64,000 bases of DNA from NCBI GenBank assembly GCA_016861205.1, contig BOKX01000001.1, positions 988,758 through 1,052,757 of the forward strand, read 5' to 3'. The notes below the pieces were generated by a model, which saw only the letters and a program-made list of their open reading frames with translations, was not told the DNA's origin and ran no database searches. Each line of letters starts with the position of its first letter. Within the stretch, counting starts at the first letter, position 1. Positions 8,573-16,853 of this stretch are shown here, in pieces. The position numbers and the translations under genes were made by a program. Source of the stretch: Patescibacteria group bacterium. Lineage in GTDB: Bacteria; Patescibacteriota; Microgenomatia; UBA1400; PJMF01.

Positions 8573-10405
8573 TTAGGGATTTTGAGTGGGGGGTTGAATC
8601 CCGTGCTGGCGAATCCGATCCATCATGGTGGGGGTGGACTGCACGTTAATACTGGGACCAGCCGGTGGGGTGATTGGGGTGGCTGGCTGAACAGGTGTCA
8701 CAGGTGGAGGAGTGATCGGCTGAACAGGTGCCGTCACCGACGTAGTTGAGGTCATTGGAGCTGGGGTACCGCCAAAAGAAACGGGGGGTGGAGTTGGTCG
8801 TAAACCGCCAGTAGGAGGTACCAAGTTGCTTGGTGGTGAGACTTGATTTGACTGGAGCTTGTTAATCTTTTGCTGCAGTTGGGCCTCGTAGGCTGACGAC
8901 GTGGCTGCTCTGGTTCCAGATTGACCACCGCCACCGCCACCACCGCGGCGACGACGCATCAAAATGATAGCGAGGACGATGAGCAAGATTACTGCGCCCA
9001 GTCCCAGTCCGGCGATGCCCAAAATGCTGGGTGATAGACCGAATAGGCCACTGACAGTTTCATCGGGGAGCACGGGTTCACCTGGCAAGGTAGTGTCGGG
9101 CAGTTCACCGCCTGGCAACGAACTTGGTGAGGCGAAGACGAATGGAGTTGGACTCGGGAAACTGCTGGGTGCCACACTAGCTGTCCCAAACGGGTTGGTG
9201 GTGGGCGTGTTAGGAGTTACCACGGCTCCCTTGGGTGCAGTGGTTGTGCCCCCAAATGGGCTAGCCGGGCTACAGGTCGTACTACTGCTGTTGGTAGCCA
9301 AGCGGCAGCGACCACTGACACATCGGAGGTTGGTGGCACACTGGCTATTTGAACTACAGGCTTGGTTACAGCTACGAGCCATAGCTTGCTGCTGAGCTGC
9401 TGTAGGCGCAGAACAGCTGGTGTTGTCTGGATTGTCTGGGCGACGGCAGCGGTTGAAGTAGCAGGTGTAGCTGTTACCACACTCATTACTGTCGGCACAG
9501 TACTCGTTACACTGGCGGTTAAGACCTTGGTCCGCTGGGGCGGCGCAGGTGCTGCTGCCAGTATTGGTTGCTAGGCGACAGCGACCTTCGAAACACCGCA
9601 GCTCGCTAGCACACTCACTATTGCTGCTACAGGTTTCATTACAAACCTTCAAAGTAGTGCCACCAGTTCCTGGAGTGGCCGATGGCGAAGGTGAGGGAGA
9701 GGGTGAGGGACTAGCCTGTGTTTCTGGACTGGGAGTAACTTGAGTACTTGGTGATGGGGTTGGGCTGGGTGTGGGATCAGCAGCGGCTACTACAGTATAG
9801 GTAGAAGCAGCTGCGGTTCGCAAAATATCCTCAGGCGGATTGGCGTTGAAACCAGCTACCAACGAACCATTGGGATCCATAGTTATAGTCAATGAACCAG
9901 CTTGGGTGGGAGTGAAGGTCAACCGAGCCACTGGTTGGGCTGTCGTAGTGGTGAACGGCTGACCAAAAGTTGCCGGCAGGGCCAAAATTCGGACACGAAA
10001 CCCACCGTTTTGCGGAGTAGCTTCAGCCAAAGCGCTCGTTAAGCCACTACTGGTAATCACGCTCGCTGACAGTTGATTGGTGACGTCAGTGTTGACGTTG
10101 AGTGTGAGTTCAACACCGGACGTTTGGGCACCTTGGGTGTTAATGGTTAGATCTATGTTGGTTTCTTGGCCGACCGTCAAATTAGTACTGGTGCCAGGGG
10201 AAACACCCATAGTAACTGTGCCGGTGTCACTAGAAGCAGCCCGGCGTAGATCTTGAGAATCTTGAAGTGGTTTCTGGACCAACAATAAACTTGCCGCACC
10301 AACTACCAACGCCAATCCACCCAAAGCACTGGCTACAAGACCCATCGACTTGGTCCAGGGGCGTTTCTTGACGTGGATGATCTGGTCTTTGACGCTGATT
10401 TCCAT
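8573..10405 (-). CDS. Membrane-anchored surface protein: cohesin-like domain, three Cys-rich repeats, C-terminal TM, Pro-rich tail
   Basis: N-terminal hydrophobic segment, beta-rich domain (IDLTINTQGAQTSGVELTL...VARLTFT), PS linkers, 3x CNxxCxxxxxCxxxxxCxxxRCR...C, TM followed by RRRRR. Confidence 0.75.
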   Translation of the reverse strand: MEISVKDQIIHVKKRPWTKSMGLVASALGGLALVVGAASLLLVQKPLQDSQDLRRAASSDTGTVTMGVSPGTSTNLTVGQETNIDLTINTQGAQTSGVELTLNVNTDVTNQLSASVITSSGLTSALAEATPQNGGFRVRILALPATFGQPFTTTTAQPVARLTFTPTQAGSLTITMDPNGSLVAGFNANPPEDILRTAAASTYTVVAAADPTPSPTPSPSTQVTPSPETQASPSPSPSPSPSATPGTGGTTLKVCNETCSSNSECASELRCFEGRCRLATNTGSSTCAAPADQGLNRQCNEYCADSNECGNSYTCYFNRCRRPDNPDNTSCSAPTAAQQQAMARSCNQACSSNSQCATNLRCVSGRCRLATNSSSTTCSPASPFGGTTTAPKGAVVTPNTPTTNPFGTASVAPSSFPSPTPFVFASPSSLPGGELPDTTLPGEPVLPDETVSGLFGLSPSILGIAGLGLGAVILLIVLAIILMRRRRGGGGGGGQSGTRAATSSAYEAQLQQKINKLQSNQVSPPSNLVPPTGGLRPTPPPVSFGGTPAPMTSTTSVTAPVQPITPPPVTPVQPATPITPPAGPSINVQSTPTMMDRIRQHGIQPPTQNP

Positions 10406-10407
10406 AC

Positions 10408-11832
10408 TTAACTTTGGGCCCTGAAGGCAGTTACTAAAATTGTGTAATCCAAGATATTAATAACATTATCACAGTTTAGGTCGGCGGCGCTGCTAGCATT
10501 TCCACCAAGGTAAGCAGTAATAAGAGCGGTGTAGTCAAAGAGATTCACTCGGCCATCGCCAGTAATATCAGCCGTCTTGTTGCAGGTACCAGGACTGGCG
10601 CTAGGACTTGGATTCAAGCTTGGGCTGGGGCTAGGGTTGGCTGAAGCTGGTGGGGTAGGACAGGGTAAGAACTGACAGTTACGAGTTGCACTACGGCTGA
10701 CAAAGCTGCCATCTGGACATTGGAAAACATCAGCTGGACAAACCACTGGGCTGGGGCTAGGACTGCTGCTGACAATGATGCTCGGCGAAGGAATGACACT
10801 GGCTGACTGGAGGAACGGTGTTAGGCGAGCGTTAGTCAAGTTAATGGTACCCACAATTGCGCTTTGGTTATCAGAGGTCAAGCTAAGGGTGGGGTAGATG
10901 ACTGGATTGCCGATGGCGTGACTGCCGAAAGCATTACCACTGTAAAAGAGCCAACCACCTGGGTTTTGGCCGTTATAGGTCCGGACTTCGCTGACACTCC
11001 ATGTGTTGTTAACACGTTGGAAGTATATAAAGAGACGCATCTCAACACCTTGCTCTTGCCAGATCATTTCGAGGGTTTGGTTGCTACCGCTGCCTGGATT
11101 GCTTGATACTTGGAAAGCAGTGCCATTATCTGGAATACCGTGGAACGTTCGGTTGCCAATCTGGAGGTTGAAGTCATCAGCCACTAAGCGAGCGTACTGT
11201 GTCTCCCAAATAGCCGCGTGCACGATTGGTGAGGCGCTGGGTGAGGGAGTGGGTGCGGCGACGTTGAACGTGTACTGAGCAGTAAATACACTGCGGAGAA
11301 TGTCTTGGAGTGTGCTGTGTTCGATAGCTTTGCTTTGGCTGGCAGTAGGTTCTGGAACCAAGGTAAAAGAACCGGAAGCTGGGGCGGCATACGATAACGT
11401 GCCGACTGTTACATAGCTGGTACTCGAAAAAGGTTGCGTTGGGTTTTTGGTAATTAACCCTAATCTCAGATAGATGCCATTCTCTGAAGTGGTGATCTGA
11501 GGATTGGCTAGATCGAAGCGACCTGTGCTGACTGGAGTAAACGTCATTGGTGTGGTTGGATAGGTGCCGGTCATGTTGTACACCAACTGCAGACCATCTA
11601 TCTGTCGACCACCAGTGTTGACCTGAAGATTGGTAGTGATAGTTTGGCCGGGGGTGCCGGTTTGGTTGTTGGAGTTCCAGCGGACTTGAACAGGTCCTTG
11701 AGAAACACTAGCTTGATTGCGTGTGTCTTGACTAAAACGACTTAGGAAAACAGCAGCCATTAAACCCAGTAGTAATAGTAGTACTAAACTACCCATCACT
11801 ACCATGCGGAGTGGGATCTTCATGCGGCGCAT
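10408..11832 (-). CDS. Secreted protein with cohesin-like N domain, CPDG Cys motif and C-terminal dockerin
   Basis: LQVNTGGRQIDGLQLVY; CPADVFQCPDGSFVSR..NCQFLPCP; duplicated Ca-binding loops ADITGDGRVNLFDY and ADLNCDNVINILDY. Confidence 0.8.
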   Translation of the reverse strand: MRRMKIPLRMVVMGSLVLLLLLGLMAAVFLSRFSQDTRNQASVSQGPVQVRWNSNNQTGTPGQTITTNLQVNTGGRQIDGLQLVYNMTGTYPTTPMTFTPVSTGRFDLANPQITTSENGIYLRLGLITKNPTQPFSSTSYVTVGTLSYAAPASGSFTLVPEPTASQSKAIEHSTLQDILRSVFTAQYTFNVAAPTPSPSASPIVHAAIWETQYARLVADDFNLQIGNRTFHGIPDNGTAFQVSSNPGSGSNQTLEMIWQEQGVEMRLFIYFQRVNNTWSVSEVRTYNGQNPGGWLFYSGNAFGSHAIGNPVIYPTLSLTSDNQSAIVGTINLTNARLTPFLQSASVIPSPSIIVSSSPSPSPVVCPADVFQCPDGSFVSRSATRNCQFLPCPTPPASANPSPSPSLNPSPSASPGTCNKTADITGDGRVNLFDYTALITAYLGGNASSAADLNCDNVINILDYTILVTAFRAQS

Positions 11833-11964
11833 ACTTCATCTTAGACAGGTTGCCGTGTAAAATGCAATCACGGACTTACCGTGAGGGTGTATACTCTCTC
11901 AAGTTACTAAGCCCCGCCATTGGCGGGACAGGCCCCACCGTGTCCGGTGGGATGAGGAGATGTC

Positions 11965-12858
11965 ATGTCTGATACTCGTCGTGTTCGCAAAGCCATTATC
12001 ACTGACGCCGGTTTTGCGAGTCGTTATCTGCCTATCACCAAAACCATCCCCAAGGCTATGTTGCCACTCGGCAATCGGCCGATCATGCAGTTTGTAGTTG
12101 AAGAGTGTGTGGAAGCTGGCATCGAAGAGATTATTGTAGTGGCCACACCCGAAGGTAAGCCAATTTACGAAGACTACTTCAACAACAACGTCAACCGGAT
12201 TCGCAAGCAGCTGTCTGCTCAAGGCAAAGAGGACCGCTACGAGCCAGTTCAACATGTCTTAGATTTCCCGAAGATCGTGGTGATTGAGCAAGATCCCAGT
12301 TTGCCGTACGGCAATGGTTCACCCGTGGCTTCAGCCCAAAAGTTTGTGGAGGGTGAAGAAGCTTTTCTGGTTTTGTATAGTGACGACGTAGTGTTTGGTA
12401 CCCCAGGAGACGCCAAAGTTTTGGTTGATCTTTACGAGCAAAACCCCAATGTCGAGGGTATTATTATGGCTCAAGAAGTTAGCCCCGAGGTGGTAGATAA
12501 GTACGGCATTATTTCCTTTAAAGCTGGTTCTGATCGCGAGCTCGATAACATTATTGAAAAGCCTGATAAAGGCACCGAGCCTTCACGATTGGCTTCTTAC
12601 GGTCGTTATTTAGTTAAGCCATCGATTTTCGAGCACCTGAACCCCACCAACTTGGGTAAAGATGCTGAACTCTGGACTGTTGATGCCATCACCAAGATCG
12701 CTGCGACCAAAACTGTTTTGGTGGAGAAGACTCAAGCCATGTGGATGACCACCGGCGACCCAGAAAACTACTTCAAGGCTCACATGATGTTTGCCTTGCA
12801 GCATGAGAAGTACGGCAGCAAAATTGGGGATTGGCTCAGTGAGCTCAGCTCTAGTTAA
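11965..12858 (+). CDS. galU: UTP--glucose-1-phosphate uridylyltransferase family protein
   Basis: VRKAIITDAGFASRYLPITKTIPKAMLP, IIEKP, YGRY, ELWTVDAI. Confidence 0.85.
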   Translation: MSDTRRVRKAIITDAGFASRYLPITKTIPKAMLPLGNRPIMQFVVEECVEAGIEEIIVVATPEGKPIYEDYFNNNVNRIRKQLSAQGKEDRYEPVQHVLDFPKIVVIEQDPSLPYGNGSPVASAQKFVEGEEAFLVLYSDDVVFGTPGDAKVLVDLYEQNPNVEGIIMAQEVSPEVVDKYGIISFKAGSDRELDNIIEKPDKGTEPSRLASYGRYLVKPSIFEHLNPTNLGKDAELWTVDAITKIAATKTVLVEKTQAMWMTTGDPENYFKAHMMFALQHEKYGSKIGDWLSELSSS

Positions 12859-12896
12859 GCGCTCAGTTTCATGCTATAGTTGAGGGTAACATGCCA

Positions 12897-13044
12897 GTCA
12901 GCATTTGCTAGTGAGGGGTTAGAATTTCCTCGATAATGCTTGACGAAGGGCTGATGGGTTGTCTGGGTACCCCGTGGGGTATTCGGCGCTCTGCCCACCT
13001 GGTTTCCAGGGGGATCAAGTCACCCCTCACTGCCAAGTGCTGAC
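12897..13044 (+). ncRNA. ssrS: 6S RNA-like rod-shaped RNA
   Basis: GTCAGCATTTG/CAAGTGCTGAC and AGTGAGGGG/CCCCTCACT closing stems, AU-rich central bubble, CTTGA/TCAAG, TGGGT/GCCCA, apical GGGTACCCC-GT-GGGGTATTC. Extended -10 TGCTATAGT at 12872-12880. Confidence 0.7.
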
Positions 13045-13129
13045 CTTGATCAGGGTCGAGGCTCTTATTGTGAGCCATAGTTTTCCGTTGAGAAAATTCG
13101 CCGAGTAAGGTACACTACACAGGTTCTGT

Positions 13130-13201
13130 GCCCAGATAGTTCAGTGGCAGAACGCCTTCTTGGTAAGAAGGAGGTCGAGGGTCCGATTCCCTCTCTGGGC
13201 T
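13130..13201 (+). tRNA. tRNA-Thr(GGT)
   Basis: GCCCAGA/TCTGGGC acceptor, CCTTC-TTGGTAA-GAAGG anticodon arm, T-loop TCCGATT. Confidence 0.95.
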
Positions 13202-13222
13202 CTGAATAGAAAGATACCTTGC

Positions 13223-13558
13223 ATGTCTGAAACAGCAGCCGGTGAAGGCCGAAATCTCAAAACATACACGTTGCTTGGTTTCGCTCCACAAACGCCCGAG
13301 AGTGAAGTGCTGCCGGAAGATGTGGATCAGTTTGTAACTGCAGTTTTGGCACTACCAACCATTCAAACTTGTGAAAAGGTGCTTGGGGAGATCCGAGATT
13401 TTTCAGTCTACACAGCTGTGGTTTTGGTAGTAACTGCAGAGGGCGACGCCCAACAAGTTGGCAATGATATCTTAGAGATGAAGAGAAAAGGTATCCCAAA
13501 CAGTGAAGTAACGTCAAAAACCTTCATTGTTTCGGATTTACCGATTACAATTGAATAA
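13223..13558 (+). CDS. Hypothetical protein, possible Lrp/AsnC ligand-binding-like domain
   Basis: Start moved to ATG 13223, after the tRNA. Beta-alpha-beta-beta-alpha-beta pattern ending TSKTFIV. Confidence 0.55.
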   Translation: MSETAAGEGRNLKTYTLLGFAPQTPESEVLPEDVDQFVTAVLALPTIQTCEKVLGEIRDFSVYTAVVLVVTAEGDAQQVGNDILEMKRKGIPNSEVTSKTFIVSDLPITIE

Positions 13559-13571
13559 ACATTAACGACAA

Positions 13572-13654
13572 GCCTGGTTACCCAAGTGGTCAACGGGGGC
13601 AGACTGTAAATCTGCTGACATACGTCTTCGGAGGTTCGAATCCTTCACCAGGCA
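13572..13654 (+). tRNA. tRNA-Tyr(GTA)
   Basis: GCCTGGT/ACCAGGC acceptor, GCAGA-CTGTAAA-TCTGC, long variable arm, GGTTCGAATCC. Confidence 0.96.
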
Positions 13655-13820
13655 CCCCTTCACAAACTGTTTTTTCGCACTTCGCACTGACGTGAGGCGT
13701 TCGAAAAGACAGTTTGTTCAGGTTTAGTCGCTTCGCACGAGAGGTGCTCAAACACAAAAGTTTTTGTGCCTTTTACTTTCTTTTTCCCAACCAAGCAATT
13801 AAGTCGTTTGAATCAATGCT

Positions 13821-14279
13821 TTAAAACGGCTCGATTCTGAAGCCGAGATCTTTGCCCAGATAGTCTTGCCAGACCACATAGCTGAGCTCGATAGTGCGAT
13901 GGCCGAAAGCGCGGCCCTCAATGGCGTGGTTTTCGTCGTAGATCACCATTTCTTTGCCACCATCCAGAAACTCCAAGTTGTACTTGCGCTCGCGGAAGCC
14001 AAAGTGGTGCTTCAACTCCAAGTATGAACTGCTCAGCCAGCGACACTCGAGGATGATGTCGCCACGGTGGTAAGTGGTTTCAGCAAACTGAAACTCTTGA
14101 TTAACGTTTTTATTGGCAATTTCGCCAACATACTTCTCGAAGTAGTACTCTTTGGAGTGATACATGTAGTGGGTGATTTTGTAGCTGGTGAAGCGGGGAG
14201 AGATCAGGGGATAGCCCGCGAACTCACTCCCGAACTTTGCCCAAAGCAACGCCATGCCAGCTTCTAGAAAATGATCCAT
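13821..14279 (-). CDS. Hypothetical protein
   Basis: ATG 14279 (MDHFLEAG) preceded 6 nt upstream by TATAAT. Confidence 0.65.
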   Translation of the reverse strand: MDHFLEAGMALLWAKFGSEFAGYPLISPRFTSYKITHYMYHSKEYYFEKYVGEIANKNVNQEFQFAETTYHRGDIILECRWLSSSYLELKHHFGFRERKYNLEFLDGGKEMVIYDENHAIEGRAFGHRTIELSYVVWQDYLGKDLGFRIEPF

Positions 14280-14343
14280 GGGCGAATTATACTGCGGTCC
14301 GGTATAATACCGAAGTGGAGTTCGCTTTGGCAACTTCGCAGCT

Positions 14344-14397
14344 GCCTCCTTAGCTCAGTGGTTAGAGCATCCCGCTGTAAGCGGGAGGGTCCAGAGG
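14344..14397 (+). pseudogene. Partial tRNA-like copy (5' two-thirds) preceding tRNA-Thr(TGT)
   Basis: GCCTCCTTAGCTCAGTGGTTAGAGCA and GGGTCCAGAG are identical to the downstream tRNA. Different but fully paired anticodon arm TCCCG-CTGTAAG-CGGGA. No T-loop or 3' acceptor strand. Confidence 0.8.
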
Positions 14398-14417
14398 TAA
14401 ACTTAACAAGTAAATAT

Positions 14418-14490
14418 GCCTCCTTAGCTCAGTGGTTAGAGCACCTGTTTTGTAAACAGGGGGTCCAGAGTTCGAATCTCTGAGGGGGCT
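14418..14490 (+). tRNA. tRNA-Thr(TGT)
   Basis: GCCTCCT/AGGGGGC acceptor, CCTGT-TTTGTAA-ACAGG, CAGAG-TTCGAAT-CTCTG. Confidence 0.96.
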
Positions 14491-14597
14491 CAAAAATGCT
14501 CTAAACAGTATATCGGCGTTCAAAGAGTTCCTCTCTAGCAAAACGAGCATTTTTTGTGTATACTACCAGTTCTGTAACGCGAAAAACGTAAAGATAT

Positions 14598-14801
14598 ATG
14601 GCAAAAAAGAAAAAAGGCCCCCGACAAGCAACTGGTTTGAAGTGCAAAGTGTGTAGCAACTTTAACTACATTACTGAGTACAACAAAATGAACGAACAGC
14701 TCAAGAAGCAAACGACCGGCGAGAGTACTTTCCCTCTGATGAAGTACTGCAAACGCTGCCGCAAGAGCACTGAGCACGTCATGTCCAAGAAGTTGAAGTA
14801 A
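14598..14801 (+). CDS. rpmG: 50S ribosomal protein L33 (Zn-binding form)
   Basis: LKCKVCSNFNY...KYCKRCRKSTEH. Confidence 0.93.
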   Translation: MAKKKKGPRQATGLKCKVCSNFNYITEYNKMNEQLKKQTTGESTFPLMKYCKRCRKSTEHVMSKKLK

Positions 14802-14845
14802 TAAGACTTCAATTTGGATTTTCCGACGCGCGCGTTTTTGTTTTC

Positions 14846-16171
14846 CTAAGATTTCGACTCTGTCTGTGCCACGTTGGCGATGTTTTTGGCACCTTCCAAG
14901 AAAAGGGGCTCAAGAGTTTGGGCGGTTTGCATGGCTTGCTCAATCCAGGACTGTGCCTGATGATGGGCACTCATTAAGGTTTTCAACTGTTCCCAGATGT
15001 GTTCAGCTTGTGCCTGACGCGCGATGCCTTTTTGTTCAAAAATCGACCGGATATTGTGTTCCCACTCACCCCACTCGTTGAGGGTCAACAAGAAACAGCC
15101 AGCCGCAGCTGCGTCGTAGGCCATGTCGCCTGATGGTTTCGAGATAAAGCCATCAGCCCAAGGGAAGCCGTACTTTATCAGTAGCTCATTGGCATCCACA
15201 ATCTGAGGATGGTAAATCAGGCGGAGTTTCTGGCGGGAGTCGGTCAGAGCACCAATCTTGACGCGGTGTTCCTTAGCTACCTCACGAACAAGATCGCAGA
15301 AATCACTGTTGGTGCCACCATAGACCAGGATTCGCAGCCGACTGTCTGGTTTACGTAACTCTGGCAGGAGTTGCTCCAAAATCGTTTTGATCTCAGTCTT
15401 GTTGGTGCCCAAGCCGCCCGTGGTCAAACACAGCTTCAGCAAGCCACTGCGCCAAGGGTGTTTGCGGCTGCGGACCGCTAAGATGCGTGGGTCAACTGGG
15501 GGACCGGTCACGATGATGCGTTCGGGATCAGGGTGCAGACCACGAATCATGGCCTTTTCCAAAAACTCAATCTTGGTTCGCTCGTCGAACACGCAAAACT
15601 TGATGTTAGGACGATCGGCGTTGTCCAAGTAGTCATCGCGAACGTGCGGATCAGTAATGACCTGAATGACGGACTTGCCTTGTTCGGCCAAGATATTTCC
15701 AGCTGCGATGTGCAGGGACAAAATGGGATGCTTGACGTTTTGGGTCAGGTGCAGCAGCGGCGGGGTGATGCTAGTCAGGATCGGCAGTTTGGAGCGACCA
15801 AACTTGTCGACTAAGTCTTTGACAAACTTGAGAAGTGGATGGCGGGCCAAAGTTCGGCCAACTTGTTGCGTGAACTCCACTTTGCGCCACTCTTTTTGGC
15901 TGACGTAGTTGGTGGGGTCAACGATCCATGCCTTGGTGGGGCGAATTTTATCACCCCAAACAGAGACGGCGATGGCGACCGCCATCGAGTAGTGAGCGCG
16001 TGACAGTACGATATCGGGCTGAGTATTGTTGGCGGGCATGCCATACCAATCTTTCAAGTCTTCTCGGTAACTAGCAGACACCGTGACCATGGGCAACTGG
16101 GTTTGCTCTAGAACTGATTTATCCTTGGCTAAGGCGAGAGTGAGGTGGGGATCAAGCAGGGAAGCGGGCAT
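14846..16171 (-). CDS. GT-B glycosyltransferase, GT28/UgtP (MGDG synthase)-like
   Basis: VITDPHV, VTGPPVDP, TTGGLG, ADGFISKPSGDMAYDAAAAG. Confidence 0.65.
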   Translation of the reverse strand: MPASLLDPHLTLALAKDKSVLEQTQLPMVTVSASYREDLKDWYGMPANNTQPDIVLSRAHYSMAVAIAVSVWGDKIRPTKAWIVDPTNYVSQKEWRKVEFTQQVGRTLARHPLLKFVKDLVDKFGRSKLPILTSITPPLLHLTQNVKHPILSLHIAAGNILAEQGKSVIQVITDPHVRDDYLDNADRPNIKFCVFDERTKIEFLEKAMIRGLHPDPERIIVTGPPVDPRILAVRSRKHPWRSGLLKLCLTTGGLGTNKTEIKTILEQLLPELRKPDSRLRILVYGGTNSDFCDLVREVAKEHRVKIGALTDSRQKLRLIYHPQIVDANELLIKYGFPWADGFISKPSGDMAYDAAAAGCFLLTLNEWGEWEHNIRSIFEQKGIARQAQAEHIWEQLKTLMSAHHQAQSWIEQAMQTAQTLEPLFLEGAKNIANVAQTESKS

Positions 16172-16289
16172 AGGTACTTGTCAGTGTAACGGTTGGAGCG
16201 GTTGCTGAAAAGTAGTTGCAGGGAGAGCAGCATCTACGTTAGAATCGCCAACATTCAGTACTTACGCCTGCCCGCCCGAGGAGGTCCGT

Positions 16290-16733
16290 GTGCCTGTTTT
16301 CAGAGAAATGAGCCAAGCTCAAGCTGTAATCGAAAAACACTTGGGGATTCCAGCCAACGCTGTGACGCCCGACTACGCTATGTACTTGCTTGAGCAGTAT
16401 TGCGTTGATAACGTCCTGCTACCTGGTGAGGAGTTGGCCATAACTGAAGAGATGCCACAACGGGTGGTTAACGACCCAGTTATCCGGGATGCTATTTTTG
16501 AGGCATTGTCATTCTTAGCGACAGCTTCCGGTACCCATCCTCGTGAAGCTGCCCCTAAAATCAGTGATCGTCGCCGTGGCCGCGCGCTGAGTGAACTTCG
16601 CAACAATGTGCCAGGCCGCCGGTACAAGTTCCGTCCGGGCAGAATGATTGAGGCACAAGATGGGTTTGGCCCCGTGTCTGACAAGTACGCTCAACTGCAC
16701 CGTGGGCAGCTTGATGTGGACGCCAGCGTTTAG
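16290..16733 (+). CDS. Hypothetical protein
   Basis: GAGGAGG SD before GTG 16290; 147 aa. Confidence 0.65.
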   Translation: MPVFREMSQAQAVIEKHLGIPANAVTPDYAMYLLEQYCVDNVLLPGEELAITEEMPQRVVNDPVIRDAIFEALSFLATASGTHPREAAPKISDRRRGRALSELRNNVPGRRYKFRPGRMIEAQDGFGPVSDKYAQLHRGQLDVDASV

Positions 16734-16777
16734 CCATAGACTCTAATTGTCTAACGCTCTCGAGTCACCTATAATGC

Positions 16778-16815
16778 TGGCCAGCAGCTATCTTGGTAGA
16801 ACGTTGGTCTCCAAA
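16778..16815 (+). pseudogene. Decayed 5' half of a tRNA-Trp(CCA)
   Basis: TGGCCAG-CA-GCTA-TCTTGGTA-GAAC-G-TTGGT-CTCCAAA aligns with AGGCCAGTAGCTCAATTGGTAGAGCG.CGGTCTCCAAA-type tRNA-Trp and stops at the end of the anticodon loop. Confidence 0.7.
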
Positions 16816-16853
16816 TGTTTTATATATTGGAGTCGTAATGATAAAATAAAGGG

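Noticed and set aside
9670-10770. Short tandem DNA repeats / possible CRISPR
   Set aside because: They encode Pro-Ser linkers. No repeat-spacer array or cas genes anywhere in the window.
12897-13044. SRP (4.5S) RNA
   Set aside because: No domain IV motif (CAGG..GGAA..AGCAG); the central-bubble rod fits 6S better.
13160-13222. N-terminal extension of ORF 13160..13558
   Set aside because: Overlaps tRNA-Thr(GGT); ATG 13223 is the plausible start.
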